Of a stretch of 52,664 bases of DNA, positions 1 to 11,052 are shown piece by piece. The notes below the pieces were generated by a model. That model was given only the letters and a program-made list of their open reading frames with translations. It had not been told where the DNA came from and did not search any database. A program made the translations under genes and the position numbers. Origin of the DNA: Caecitellus pseudoparvulus (taxonomy: Eukaryota; Protista; Bigyra: Bicosoecida); the NCBI GenBank assembly GCA_965644315.1, contig CBFFRQ010000011.1, positions 1 through 52,664 of the forward strand, in the 5' to 3' direction. Each line of letters opens with the position of its first letter. The first letter of the stretch is position 1.

Positions 1-1996
1 TAACCCTAACCCTAACCCTAACCCTAACCCTAACCCTAACCCTAACCCTAACCCTAACCCTAACCCTAACCCTAACCCTAACCCTAACCCTAACCCTAAC
101 CCTAACCCTAACCCTAACCCTAACCCTAACCCTAACCCTAACCCTAACCCTAACCCTAACCCTAACCCTAACCCTAACCCTAACCCTAACCCTAACCCTA
201 ACCCTAACCCTAACCCTAACCCTAACCCTAACCCTAACCCTAACCCTAACCCTAACCCTAACCCTAACCCTAACCCTAACCCTAACCCTAACCCTAACCC
301 TAACCCTAACCCTAACCCTAACCCTAACCCTAACCCTAACCCTAACCCTAACCCTAACCCTAACCCTAACCCTAACCCTAACCCTAACCCTAACCCTAAC
401 CCTAACCCTAACCCTAACCCTAACCCTAACCCTAACCCTAACCCTAACCCTAACCCTAACCCTAACCCTAACCCTAACCCTAACCCTAACCCTAACCCTA
501 ACCCTAACCCTAACCCTAACCCTAACCCTAACCCTAACCCTAACCCTAACCCTAACCCTAACCCTAACCCTAACCCTAACCCTAACCCTAACCCTAACCC
601 TAACCCTAACCCTAACCCTAACCCTAACCCTAACCCTAACCCTAACCCTAACCCTAACCCTAACCCTAACCCTAACCCTAACCCTAACCCTAACCCTAAC
701 CCTAACCCTAACCCTAACCCTAACCCTAACCCTAACCCTAACCCTAACCCTAACCCTAACCCTAACCCTAACCCTAACCCTAACCCTAACCCTAACCCTA
801 ACCCTAACCCTAACCCTAACCCTAACCCTAACCCTAACCCTAACCCTAACCCTAACCCTAACCCTAACCCTAACCCTAACCCTAACCCTAACCCTAACCC
901 TAACCCTAACCCTAACCCTAACCCTAACCCTAACCCTAACCCTAACCCTAACCCTAACCCTAACCCTAACCCTAACCCTAACCCTAACCCTAACCCTAAC
1001 CCTAACCCTAACCCTAACCCTAACCCTAACCCTAACCCTAACCCTAACCCTAACCCTAACCCTAACCCTAACCCTAACCCTAACCCTAACCCTAACCCTA
1101 ACCCTAACCCTAACCCTAACCCTAACCCTAACCCTAACCCTAACCCTAACCCTAACCCTAACCCTAACCCTAACCCTAACCCTAACCCTAACCCTAACCC
1201 TAACCCTAACCCTAACCCTAACCCTAACCCTAACCCTAACCCTAACCCTAACCCTAACCCTAACCCTAACCCTAACCCTAACCCTAACCCTAACCCTAAC
1301 CCTAACCCTAACCCTAACCCTAACCCTAACCCTAACCCTAACCCTAACCCTAACCCTAACCCTAACCCTAACCCTAACCCTAACCCTAACCCTAACCCTA
1401 ACCCTAACCCTAACCCTAACCCTAACCCTAACCCTAACCCTAACCCTAACCCTAACCCTAACCCTAACCCTAACCCTAACCCTAACCCTAACCCTAACCC
1501 TAACCCTAACCCTAACCCTAACCCTAACCCTAACCCTAACCCTAACCCTAACCCTAACCCTAACCCTAACCCTAACCCTAACCCTAACCCTAACCCTAAC
1601 CCTAACCCTAACCCTAACCCTAACCCTAACCCTAACCCTAACCCTAACCCTAACCCTAACCCTAACCCTAACCCTAACCCTAACCCTAACCCTAACCCTA
1701 ACCCTAACCCTAACCCTAACCCTAACCCTAACCCTAACCCTAACCCTAACCCTAACCCTAACCCTAACCCTAACCCTAACCCTAACCCTAACCCTAACCC
1801 TAACCCTAACCCTAACCCTAACCCTAACCCTAACCCTAACCCTAACCCTAACCCTAACCCTAACCCTAACCCTAACCCTAACCCTAACCCTAACCCTAAC
1901 CCTAACCCTAACCCTAACCCTAACCCTAACCCTAACCCTAACCCTAACCCTAACCCTAACCCTAACCCTAACCCTAACCCTAACCCTAACCCTAAC
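1..1996 (+). repeat. Telomeric tract (CCCTAA)n = (TTAGGG)n, about 332 units; left chromosome end
   Basis: Uninterrupted TAACCC hexamer from base 1 to ...cctaac at 1996, with the C-rich strand at the 5' end as expected for a left telomere. Confidence 0.99.
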
Positions 1997-2219
1997 TTTC
2001 CAAATGTCAAGCTAATCACAAGTTGTGAAGTGCTAACATTGCCTAATCCAGGCGCTCGTGCACCCAAGTGTGGTGTTGCACAGTGCTTGCTGGTTGGGTG
2101 GTGCGCACCGGGGCGGGGTAGTGCGAATTCCGCACACCATCGCACCGTGGCTCCCAGTTTGCGCCCTCGGTCGGGGCATGCACCTGGGATCGACATCAAA
2201 AGCATCATTGACAAGCATC

Positions 2220-3356
2220 ATGAACGCCCAAGTGGATCAAGTCCTGGGGGTCCTCTTCGTGGAGGGGTGCCTGAAGCGCAAGCAAGTGCTCGGCCCCAGA
2301 ACAGGTGTCTTCACTGACATGCCACGTCGGGGTGCCGCACGCACCTTCGAGCTTGGAGGACCCCTGCCCAAGACTGATCATGATAGTTCATCTTCGGCAC
2401 GGGACATGTGGCTCGAGGTCTATGGGGAAGCCGCCGAACGGCTGATCCCAGGGCTGAGTGCGGAATTCGGCAACGCCAATGCGGCCCTGCGCCAGGGACC
2501 CACCGGATCGCCAACCATCCTCGTCACGCTCGGAAGTGAGGGTGATTCACCAACAGTGGCACGTCAACTTCGCATTCTTGCTGCTCAAGAGGACGACTTC
2601 GCCATTCGAGTCGGCCAAGGTGGGTTCGTCGCCGTGGCCTACACCAACACCAAGCAGTTCGCATCGGCGAAGGCGAAAGTGAAGGTGAAGGCCCACCCCA
2701 CCGCCATCCAAGTGGCCCACCAAGTGACCAAGGAAGCAACCGAAATCGCCTGCCAGTCAGGTGATGTTGCCAAGGTCATGTGCCTCGTTAGGTCCCACTT
2801 CGACCATGGCCCCGTGCCAGCCCAAGCCGTCCGTCCCAGTGTCAGACAATCCGTCCCCTCCGAGGGTGATGCACCTGTCGACACCAAGACACCATCGACC
2901 TGGACTGACACTCAGCTCGACAAGGCACCGAAGAAGAAGAAGACCCGTCGAGGCAAGCGAGGAAAGGGCAAGTCAGCCGGACGATCCCTCACCTTCGAGG
3001 ACGTCTTCATCAAGAACGTCCGGCCACCTGCACCTCGACCAACCTCACCACCTGCCACCCAAGGCTCACCCAAAGATACCGTCACCACCCCTGTGGTGCA
3101 TGCCATGTTGCCTTCATCAAGGGTGCAGCGGGGCGTCGACCGCAAGTGGCCGTCCCCCACCCCGTCGGGCGAGGCAAGCCCCGAGGTGCACCGGTATCGG
3201 CCGTCTGCAGCAGCAGCATGGGAGGTGATCACAAGGGTGGTGCCTCTTCATGACAGTGTGCGGACACCCGAGCACCTGGCCGAGTACCCCATCAAGCCTG
3301 GCCCTCTGGCCGACCTGCTGTCATCGACCCACGTGTACTCTAACGTGGGGGGCGGG
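2220..3356 (+). CDS. ORF-A of the telomere-adjacent element: globular-looking N-terminus, basic motif KAPKKKKTRRGKRGKGK, Pro-rich linker; unknown function
   Basis: ATG at 2220 (MNAQVDQ...) with coding-like C/G-ending codons up to about 3350. Beyond that the frame stays open to 3941 but reads as Ser/Thr/Arg-rich shadow of the -1 frame. Confidence 0.6.
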
Positions 3357-4303
3357 CCTGTGTCCAGGCCTGTCTCGAGACGGCAGCAGGGGAGAGGGTC
3401 TTCGAGGCTGGGGACCTCCTCCTACTCCAGCATGCAGCCACCATCAACGCTGCCCAGCTTGCCTTCAAGCACATGGTCAGGCAGCTGGAGGGGGTGGTCA
3501 GTGACTCGTCCAGCTCGGACATCATGGACGTCGGCCAGAAGCCACCCTCCCCCTTCCGCTCAGACGGGCAACGGGTGGCCGTCTTCCGCAACATGCTGCA
3601 CCAGCACTCGCCGGATGACACCTTCCTGGCCCCAGGTACACCACCAGTCCTGCTTCCCGGCCTGCACCTGCTCATCGACCGCATCAACCAAGGGTACCGT
3701 GCCCCAGCCGGGCATGATGACCTTGGCCAGGCCGGCGTCGACCCCAGCCAGGTTGATGAAGAGGGTGACCAAGAGGGGCACCTCGACGGAGTGCTGTATG
3801 CCTTCGCACTTCGAGAGGTGTGGACCGACAACACGGCCCATCTGCAGCTCATCCTCGTCGACCATGATCGAGGCAAGCTGGTGCTGTGGAACCCCGACAT
3901 CCCTGACCTCCATGACGAGCTGCCCCTGCACAAGTGCATGACCCGGCTGGCAGCCGAAGGCATCAACGTCTTGTACCGGATCTGGACCACACCCGAGGCG
4001 GGCAGTCCAGCACCCTTCCGGGACAGGCTTCGAGGGGCACTCCAGTCTCTCCGAGATGACTTCCCCCCCCTGCCTCACAAGGCCACCGACGGCACCGTGC
4101 ACCCCCAGACCCTCATCGCTGGCAAGGGCACAAGGGTGGCCATGCCTCATGGGCGGATGACCCGACAGCAGGCCGCCACCCTGGAGGCTGAGGTCAAGGA
4201 CCCCCTCAAGCGGCTGGTGCCTGAAGACGGCGAGGGTCGCCTGCCCAAGGTCAAGGATGTGCCCCACATCTCGATCGGGCAGATGGGTGGACGCCTGATG
4301 TAA
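3344..4303 (+). CDS. ORF-B (-1 frame relative to ORF-A): putative papain-like cysteine peptidase domain
   Basis: The frame opens just after TAA 3341-3343 and reads GRACVQACLE...TAHLQLILVDHDRGKLVLWNPD. This resembles the CxxAC helix and the H-hydrophobic strand-(D/N)P pattern of C39-like papain-fold enzymes. The candidate Cys lies upstream of the first ATG (3473). Confidence 0.5.
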   Translation, partial: RGGRACVQACLETAAGERVFEAGDLLLLQHAATINAAQLAFKHMVRQLEGVVSDSSSSDIMDVGQKPPSPFRSDGQRVAVFRNMLHQHSPDDTFLAPGTPPVLLPGLHLLIDRINQGYRAPAGHDDLGQAGVDPSQVDEEGDQEGHLDGVLYAFALREVWTDNTAHLQLILVDHDRGKLVLWNPDIPDLHDELPLHKCMTRLAAEGINVLYRIWTTPEAGSPAPFRDRLRGALQSLRDDFPPLPHKATDGTVHPQTLIAGKGTRVAMPHGRMTRQQAATLEAEVKDPLKRLVPEDGEGRLPKVKDVPHISIGQMGGRLM

Positions 4304-5453
4304 GTCACCTGTGGGGGCATACTCCCTGTGCCACACATGACTGAAGCTTTGTGTCGCGACCGACGCACATAGCTGACATCGGACATTGGAAAGTCCAACC
4401 CAACCTCACCATCACCAACCCAACATCGATACCAACACATCAGGACTCGGCTCAGTGGAAGGGGAAGGCACTTGCAGCAAGATCTGTGAGGCCGCCCCCA
4501 AACCTGAGCCGAAGGGACAGCCGGGCTGGGTCGTGTGCTTGCATCTCAGCAACACCCAGTCCGTGTCGAGTCCATATCCTCCAGCCCACACCGCCACCCA
4601 AGCCAAGCAAGTCGGGTCTCCACCCCTGGACATCGGACCGAGACGGACGAGACTGGACTGGACGGACAAGACAAGAGTGGACCGAGACCTGGACCTACAC
4701 CTCAAGACCATCCCACCGGGGCGGGCGCTGAAGCGCCAAGACAGACGGCGACTTATACAACGGACACGAGTCTGTGCTAGTCGCAAAGCCGTGCAAGCGG
4801 TGCCGTCGTGGTGTCTGTGTCACTGCATTCTGTTGTGGCGCAGGTGGCACCACATGTCCAAGCCCAAGCTGTACCATGATGTAGCCTGCATGGAGGCAAT
4901 CTGCAATGCATTGAGTAGCTAACCTAAAGAAGCTCAACTTCGGGGCGCAGGTGTGGAACGCGGGCAGCCCGCCGCGGACCTCGCGCGGCGAGCCCGCTAC
5001 ACTGCCGCCACGCCTGCCGCCTGGACCATGCCAAGCCACCTCACTCCCGGGCGAGGTGGCGCGGCAGACGAGGAAGAAAGTGAGTGATAAAAGCTTGCTT
5101 TGGGTTGATAGTGCATTCTAAGATGTTATTCCGAAATTCCCAGTGTCGTAACGCGCGGCGGGGCCGTTTTGGGTCGCGGGGTGGCGCGGTGTGCGCGGGG
5201 TCGCCGCGGCGCCTCCGACACGCCAAGGCCGAAACCCGCGCCCAACTCACCCAACAGGCGCCGAACGCCTGAACAACGACGACTAGCATTAAACTACCAT
5301 GTTCCTGATGGAACATGCTTACTTCACATGGTGACTCACCATGCTTTGTGCAAGATATGTGTACTGAGCAAGCGAGCGCTGTGGCCCGCTTCTTTCGAGG
5401 AGCAAGTGTGAAGTGAGTGTGGTGAAAACAAGAGGCGACAATGCATTGAACTT

Positions 5454-8400
5454 CCTAAACATGTCTAAGTCCACCTCTCCTTTCAGCACTGGGGAGCCTT
5501 GCCCTGCCATGGAGAAGCAGCGGGAATGCTCAGCTGACATTGCGAGGCTGGCTTTGGCGAAGTGAAACCCGGGTCCACTGCGTTGCAGGGCGCTCTTGTG
5601 TGTGCAAGGGGTGGTGATGGAAGGATACAACAACAGCGTGTCGTACTCAGCCCAGTGGACACACGAAACAGTGATACATGACTAAGCTCCCTTGAAGCTT
5701 CCCAGTAGTTGCCAACAGAAAGCCAGGATTGCCCTGCTTCCCTTAGAAGAAACACTTGCCCCATTCTCGTCCGCTAAACTACAAATATTGCCATCCCGCA
5801 CCTTTGGACCACCATGTGCTTCAGCAGCATGACCAATGTGGGCAGCACTTGTTCCGTCCACGCCTCAGCCTCGAGCGCCTTCACAGTGCCTGGCCTAGGT
5901 GCGGTATGCCCTCCACCTGCGCACAGTGCCCCTCCAAGCGCACTGCGCACCAAGGCCCGCCAATGGTCCCAGAAGTGTCATCAACTGGGACATGGTTGCA
6001 GAAAGCTGGTTTGGCTTCGCCCTCCCCCATGCCACGCGCCTTGACCCTGGAATCACTGCAGCAGCGTGCCTAGCATGCCCTGTGCCGAGCGTGGGCGAGG
6101 TGGCCGGCGTGGAATGGAGGCTCCCAGGTCAGCTGCAGCCGCGACTCAAAACCGGTCAGCGTTGCAGCAGCAGCTCATTGGGATGTCCAGACACTCGCTG
6201 CTTGTACCTCTCGGCCTCACCCCACTCCAATGCTCGTGAAGCCTGCCCCGTTCAGATTCAACGGGTGGCCGCAAACCCATGTTCCTACTGCAGCCTGGAT
6301 CCGGCAGCCTGAGAAGTGAACCCACCAGTGCAGCTCACATGCTCTTGAAATGACAGTCTATGTTCTGAACATCATCCTCAACGCCAGCCTGTGGCGAAGG
6401 CGTGGGTCGCCCCAGACAACATTCTCTGTCCCCTCTGCCACGATGCCCCGCCCCGCGAACCAAGTTAGAAGGGGGACTGCTTGAGATCCACACAGACCCA
6501 CGAGCTCACGAGCGACCGCCATACATCTTCTCTGTCTGCCAGTCAATGAGCAGCTTCACCCTGGGCGTTCGCGTCCACACTTCGGCCATCACTCAAGGTA
6601 AGAAGCATGCGAATCACGCACAAGGAGGGGTTGGAGCAGGCCCACACGACGTCGAGTCCAGACTCGCCCATGTCTTCAGCTCACATGCTCAAAGTTTCAA
6701 GGCCTAGCAGAGAGAGCACCTCCCGCATCACCGCAACATGACCATTGTGGTGAACCCAGCAAGCATGCACGCCTCCAGTATGCTCACCAACCAGCCCAAG
6801 CTGCACGCAAACCAAACCCACATGGCCGTCATGGCATGCCCACACGAATCTTACCACAACCTCACCCACCATCACTTGCATGCATGTTCACAGCTCGGCC
6901 GCCCGAAGTGCGAGGCGCCCCTCGCCCACACGCCCAGCTGTACAAGCCAGCCTGAAGCAGCTTCACGCTCCGGAGCCATCCCTCGTGTGCATGCCAGCTG
7001 TCCGGCCACAAACGCGGCCCAACAGCCCCACCATCACGTCAGGGTGACCATGGCAGCTCGCCAGTCCGAAATCCAGCCTCACGCCCGTGGCGATCGGCTC
7101 AGTGCCCGTCCACCGCTCGCTCGTATTCACGACGGTGCCCACACTCCGCCCACAGCACCCACAGCACCCACGACGGCAGGCAGGGCGACATGCGCTCCAC
7201 ACATGCATAGCCCACACAGTGGCCTTGCACCCCCCGCTCGTCGTCCCCGTAGTCAGCGTGCGAATCAAGCCACCAGCGCCTTGCAGCGCATTGCCAGCGG
7301 CAATCTCTTTCGAAAGCCACACAGCCCCAGAGGCAGCAACAAGCCTTGCACTATCACGCCCACACGTAGACCACGTATTGAGTAACGTTAGCTTGACAAA
7401 TGGCACGCATGTGTTAGATAATGGCCGGTTTGTCTTGCCCTGAGTTTTATGCCTGCGGAACTTGCCTCACCACGCCATGGACTTGGAGCCTCGCACCAGC
7501 CCAGTCACACGGGTACGGTATGATTCATGCACAGCGCAAATTTCAAGCACATTGAAAATGACGCCTGTAATCACTGGAGGTTTTGTAGAGCGACGGCAAG
7601 GGTCCATATCAAGCACGGCCGACACTCATGCTACTCGGCTGGCTCGGTGATTCGTGCCTTTACGCCTTACCTGCCCACCACAACCTCCAGTCGCTCTCAG
7701 AGCAGCCTCTACAAAGTGTCCCTGCTCTCTTTCACGATGCCTGCGTCGGCAATGCTGCCTCCCTTCCAGGAATTCACAAAGAAGCAGACTGCAGCCGCAG
7801 GCCATGCCATTCTCTGGCTCCCGTGGTGACCTGCCGCGCGACTCAAGGCAGCTGGTGCCGAGGCGCCCGTGTTGGAAGGTCGTTCTCACTCACAACTTGC
7901 ATTCGTCACTTGCACCACCCACGCAGCTCAGCAGGCAGGTACGCGTCTCCAAACAGCCCCCACCAACCAGCAAAGTCCACGAAATGTGTATCAGACAGAC
8001 GTGGCCCACCACTTGAGCTGACGTACACGTAATGCACGTCGATGTGGACGCCATCCGCAGTCACTTCCGGGCCGGGGCCACTGCCGACGTCGGCCAACAG
8101 CTGCTTCATCGTGCGCTCATCGTGGCCAGCCTTCTGCAACTCCTGCACAGTCCGCTGCTTGATGGTGAAACGGACCCTGCCCACACTCTTCCTGGGTCCG
8201 CTCTGCACAGCCTCGTCCCCAGTCTCTGTCCGAGCCTCACACACTAGCCTCACTGGCATGTCCATGCCGTGCAAGATGCAGTTGGCAATGGTGTGTTGCC
8301 CTTCCACCCTCGTTTTGGCCTGGTCCACCTGCAGCTTGCTCCCAGCCAGACCTGGCGTTGCACGGCTGCAGTTGACCATGAACGCCAAAATGTCCATGCA

Positions 8401-11052
8401 GTTGTTGTTGATGCTCGCACCGTCTGGCATGCCAAACTGCGCCAACACCTTCTTGGAGACTGCGGCCTTGCCTTTGCCGTGCCTAGCCATGGAGCTTGTG
8501 CTCGCCTCGACGAACACCACCGAGAACCGCTGGGGCTTGCCCACGTCAGGTCCGCTTTCACCGTTGTCCTCATCAGCATCTCCTGCTCGGGACACAATGA
8601 TAAAGTCCAATGCAGGGAAGTTGTTCGGAGTTCGGACCACGCGGCGCTCACCAGGGCGCATTTGCCTCCACTTCTGCAAGGCACCCAGGTCAAGGATTTG
8701 ACTCGCACCCTCCTCTGCAGCACGAAGCATGTCGTCGCTCCCCAAGGCCCATACGTTGAGGGGCATGGTGGACAAGTCCTGCGACCCCAGTGCGTGGACG
8801 GGCGGGACGTGCCGCGAGCTAGCCGACCCCAACGGGGTCATGCCTGTGCCAAGCAAGCCCAGCAGCAGGAGTGTGTGGATGCGCTTCTCGAAGTCGTCAT
8901 TGACAGGAAGCAGTGTAGCGGCCTCCAGAAACTTCGTAACTCCTTTGCGCACGTCAGGATCCGTGACCTTGGATTTCTCGAGCAACTCCCCAAGGGCCTT
9001 CACCATGGCCACCAGTGCCACGGGGGATGACAGCCTTGCTGTCGTCAGCGTGGGCAACCTGGGGTCACGATGGTGGACCCGCTGGAGAATCGACGAAGTT
9101 GCAAGGCTGGCATAGAGGCTAGAGTGCTTGGCCGGGTCCGCCAGCATGTCTTCAAGGTCTGCTTCCTTGTCATCCCAGTACGCCACACACCGGCTCGCCA
9201 TATGCTCGACACACCCCATCAGCACACTCCGAACGTGCGCTTCAAATGCATCCGCATCTTCAAACACGGCATCAGGCGCGTCCTGCAGCAGCCAATGGAT
9301 GCTGCGTGTGTTCCCTGCCACCAGTTTCACGTAGCCCTCCAGCGCGCGTGAGTAGGCAGCATCTTTCATCTTCTCCCGGTGCTTCTCTGGCACCTGCAAG
9401 CACAAGTCCTTAGGGCTCTTGAAGCAGCTCTCGACCTCGGAGTCCTTCTTCAGCGACACACCACGCCCTGCACATTCGTACCCTGCAGTGCCCTTCAACA
9501 GTGCCAGTGCTGTGCCAGGCGGCACTTGCCGCATCTCAAACAAAGGGTGGTGGTTCTCAGCGCTTGTTGGCAGTTTGCGAACGTGTGCGTTCCAGTCAGG
9601 GGAGTATGCAAAGAGGTACTGGCCAGGCTGGAACCACGCCGTTGTGGAGTACCAGAAGCCCTCCACTGACGCTGTCTTGTTGGAAAACCAAGTCGGGTCA
9701 AAGTGATCCACATGGATCCGCTTCTCCAGCTGATTCACCTCATCCATGACCAGTGCGCTGAGACTGTCTGTCCTGAACAACGCCGTGGGGGACCCGAAGT
9801 GTCCCCGGATGCCACAGAACAGCTCCTTAGTACCCCGCAGCGCTGTGGCTGACCTCCCGATCTGCATCAAGGCACGAGACACGTCAGGCCATGACAATGC
9901 AGCCCCGCACGACAGGATCAAGCACGCCTGCATCGATCCGATCATGGTATCCTCCCATGCACTGTCGTCCAGCGCTGAGGCGTCAAACTTTGATGTGGCG
10001 TTGCCGGCACTTGGCAACACAGTGGTTGCGTCTGGGAAAAATGCAACATCGCCTCCTGCCCCGATGCTCACCACAGATGCAAGCAAGCGCAACGTTGCAG
10101 ACTTGCCAATGCCATGGGGCCCGCTCAGTGCAACCCCTCGGTCGGGAGCTTTCAGCGTCTGGGCGGCCTGCCGCATTGCCAGCAGCCTGTCTGGTGTCAG
10201 CAGGTGCGTCATGAACATGCAAGGCTTCAATCCAGCGTTGCTTCCGGCACCGCCGCCCCCCGCCTCTGAAGGCAGCATGGCGCAGTCAAACCCCGGCGTC
10301 ACAGTCTGCAACACCACGCCGTCGAGGACCCCAATGTCCACGCGCGTCTTGTGCTGAGCTCTAAGGTGGGCCACAATCTGCGGGGACACGGGGTACCGCA
10401 CCAACACGCCGCCAACCCTGCCTGCCTGGTCAAACACTGGCTTGCACCCCTCGCTCCACTCCAACGGGTCAAGTTCAAGCGGTGATTCCTCTTCGGCGGG
10501 GGCTTCAGAGTGCTTAGCCATAAACTTGGCCACAGACCAATCGTCGAAGGTGCCATCACGGAGACAATCCCCCAGCTCAAGCATCCACCCGAAGTTGTCC
10601 TTCAGCACTTTCAAGCTTGCATCATCAGCTACCCCAGTGTACGACGACGGCAAGGTATGCCGCCGAATCATCGCGGCCAGCTCCTGGCTCCGACCACTTG
10701 CCTTCAACATCCCACATCTGATGGGAATGCCGACGTTCTCAACTGAGCTCTTGCCCGCCCATGCCACGAATGTGTCGATCTCCTTTTGCAAGGCTTGGGC
10801 CTTCTCATATGCGCCCTTCAACCCAGAGGTAAAGGCTCGCACAGGCGGGAAAGGTTTCACGCCTGCCGTCTCCAGAAGTGTCCCATCTCGCAGCAGCCGC
10901 AGGACACGAGCAGGCTCTGCCCTGAGCAAGAACGCGAGCAGCTGGTACTGTTCATCTTGGTCTTCGTCCGATATCAGGGGTGTTATGTATGCGGACAAAC
11001 AGCGGTCCATGATGCTACCCTGCAGCACGATCCTGACAGCTTGGGGATGTGG
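5454..11052. repeat. Segmental duplication, copy 1 (5.6 kb)
   Basis: Matches 12752-18347 at offset 7298 (7295 after a 3-nt indel), with only a handful of SNPs outside one divergent patch. Confidence 0.97.
6358..7330 (-). pseudogene. Decayed ankyrin-repeat gene, same family as the genes at 20.3-24.1 kb
   Basis: Fragments in several frames: FGLASCHGHPDVMVGLLG, FVWACHDGHVGLV, HNGHVAVMREVLSL. The tail ARELVGLCGSQAVPL...VVWG aligns with the family C-terminus RELLGLVGDRAVPL...AVWDG. Stops and frameshifts interrupt it. 5' limit approximate. Confidence 0.75.

Larger units (their letters stand above)
1997..4927 (+). mobile_element. Putative telomere-adjacent element (possibly non-autonomous or truncated retroelement-like); no RT or transposase detected
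   Basis: Abuts the telomere and is intronless. It appears rich in TCGA/GTCGAC where host genes are rich in TGCA (by eye). It has two overlapping ORFs reading away from the telomere and a telomere-like CTAACCTAA at 4919-4927. Confidence 0.35.

Noticed and set aside
3357-3941. C-terminal part of the 627-aa ORF
   Set aside because: Ser/Thr/Arg-rich shadow of the better-coding -1 frame.
4725-4756. Hammerhead-like CTGAAGC-GCC...GGC-GAC in the terminal element
   Set aside because: The core deviates from CUGANGA/GAAA at essential positions.
4915-4930. Telomerase RNA template
   Set aside because: CTAACCTAA lacks one C relative to CTAACCCTAA, so it could not template TTAGGG.
5454-6320. Intact gene in the left part of the duplicated block
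   Set aside because: Only short discontinuous frames (for example VKALEAEAWTEQVLPTLVMLLKH on the minus strand); no coherent model could be supported.
10282-10387. Diversity-generating retroelement VR/TR pair
   Set aside because: The differences are not adenine-specific, include many synonymous third-position changes and an indel, and no RT is present in the window.
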